The notes beneath the pieces are model-generated. The model was not told the DNA's origin, did no database searches, and saw nothing but the letters and a program-made list of their open reading frames with translations. A DNA stretch of 32,000 bases from an uncultured Alphaproteobacteria bacterium (lineage in GTDB: Bacteria; Pseudomonadota; Alphaproteobacteria; Micropepsales; Micropepsaceae): assembly GCA_963825895.1 (NCBI GenBank), contig CAWGUP010000002.1:532564-564563 (forward strand), in the 5' to 3' direction. This document shows, in pieces, positions 31,512-32,000 of this stretch; position 1 is the stretch's first letter; every line of letters starts with the position of its first letter. Made by a program: the position numbers and the translations under genes.

Positions 31512-32000
31512 TCACCAATTCTTCGTGACACGGATGCCGATCAGCTTGGGATCGGTCAGGAACACATTGGTGGTCAATCCGCTATCGTCGCTGTTCAGGA
31601 AGTCTCCGGTAATGGCGGTGGTGTTAAACACGTTCTTGTCATAGAGCATCACTTGCCAACCGTTCTGGTTGGTGAAGATCAAAGTGAGATTCACGTTGGT
31701 ATAGCCGCGCAGCCGGTCATATGGATTGTCGTTAAACACACGCGCCCAGGAATAATCTTGCCAATAATAGTCGCCTCGCAGCGTTCCCGCCCAATCCGTC
31801 GTCAGCGGCATTGTATATTGCGCACCGAATGACACGGTGAAAGGCGGCGCATTGGGCAATTCGTTGCCGCTCAAATCCTTGTCGAAACCTTCGCCATTGT
31901 TGGGTGCAGGTCCGGCGCCGTTATTTGTCGCGGTGGGGCTGACAGGATCGAAGCCCGCATATGCCCGGGAGAGGTATCGGGCGTACAAAGTTGGTCCGTC
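31512..32000 (-). CDS. TonB-dependent receptor, C-terminal part (gene runs off the right edge of the window)
   Basis: The frame is open to the window edge. The C-terminal beta-barrel strands are ...RGDYYWQDYSWARVFNDNPYDRLRGYTNVNLTLIFTNQNGWQVMLYDKNVFN...LIGIRVTKNW*, with the terminal aromatic residue typical of TBDRs. Confidence 0.85.
   Translation of the reverse strand, partial: DGPTLYARYLSRAYAGFDPVSPTATNNGAGPAPNNGEGFDKDLSGNELPNAPPFTVSFGAQYTMPLTTDWAGTLRGDYYWQDYSWARVFNDNPYDRLRGYTNVNLTLIFTNQNGWQVMLYDKNVFNTTAITGDFLNSDDSGLTTNVFLTDPKLIGIRVTKNW

Noticed and set aside
1-32000. I looked for CRISPR-like regularly spaced repeats, tRNA or rRNA genes, IS elements or transposases, integrases, and long direct repeats flanking the 8.6-13.7 kb operon.
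   Set aside because: None was recognised by eye. No ORF shows transposase or integrase motifs. I saw no cloverleaf-like or repeat-spacer structure. The sequences flanking the candidate operon (8536-8642 and 13746-13837) share no obvious repeat. A systematic computational scan (tRNAscan-SE, ISfinder, repeat finders) is still needed, because visual inspection can miss short or degenerate repeats.

Overview
This is a high-GC chromosomal segment whose gene content looks alphaproteobacterial, probably Sphingomonadales-like. That placement is an inference from the UrcA protein, TonB-dependent receptor, DUF885 protein, PRC-barrel protein, DUF1328 and DUF3309 peptides, and GGAAC..GTT stress promoters. 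I can support about 27 intact protein genes, one outer-membrane pseudogene with several frameshifts, two partial genes at the window edges, two hairpin terminators and four EcfG-type promoter candidates. I recognised no rRNA, tRNA, CRISPR array, transposase or integrase.

Most genes are housekeeping or metabolic:
- a DUF885 protein, a PLP-dependent transsulfuration enzyme, an acyl-CoA synthetase, pgi and two tandem acyl-CoA dehydrogenases;
- two DNA-end repair modules: a ligase plus beta-CASP exonuclease pair, and Ku plus a stand-alone LigD polymerase domain;
- a type III PKS / ICMT-methyltransferase / AlkB-like hydroxylase / MFS operon.

The stand-out is a tightly packed three-gene plus-strand operon at 8643-13745.
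- Gene 1 encodes a SLOG-like nucleotide-sensor domain fused to two SLATT-like 2TM units.
- Gene 2 encodes a 2TM protein with TrkA_N/RCK Rossmann domains and a RyR (ryanodine-receptor) domain.
- Gene 3 encodes a membrane-anchored TIR-domain protein with an extracytoplasmic C-terminal domain.

I interpret this operon as a candidate NAD-derived-nucleotide signalling or Thoeris-like conflict system that I do not recognise as experimentally characterised. All domain calls were made by eye from sequence motifs. No database search was run.
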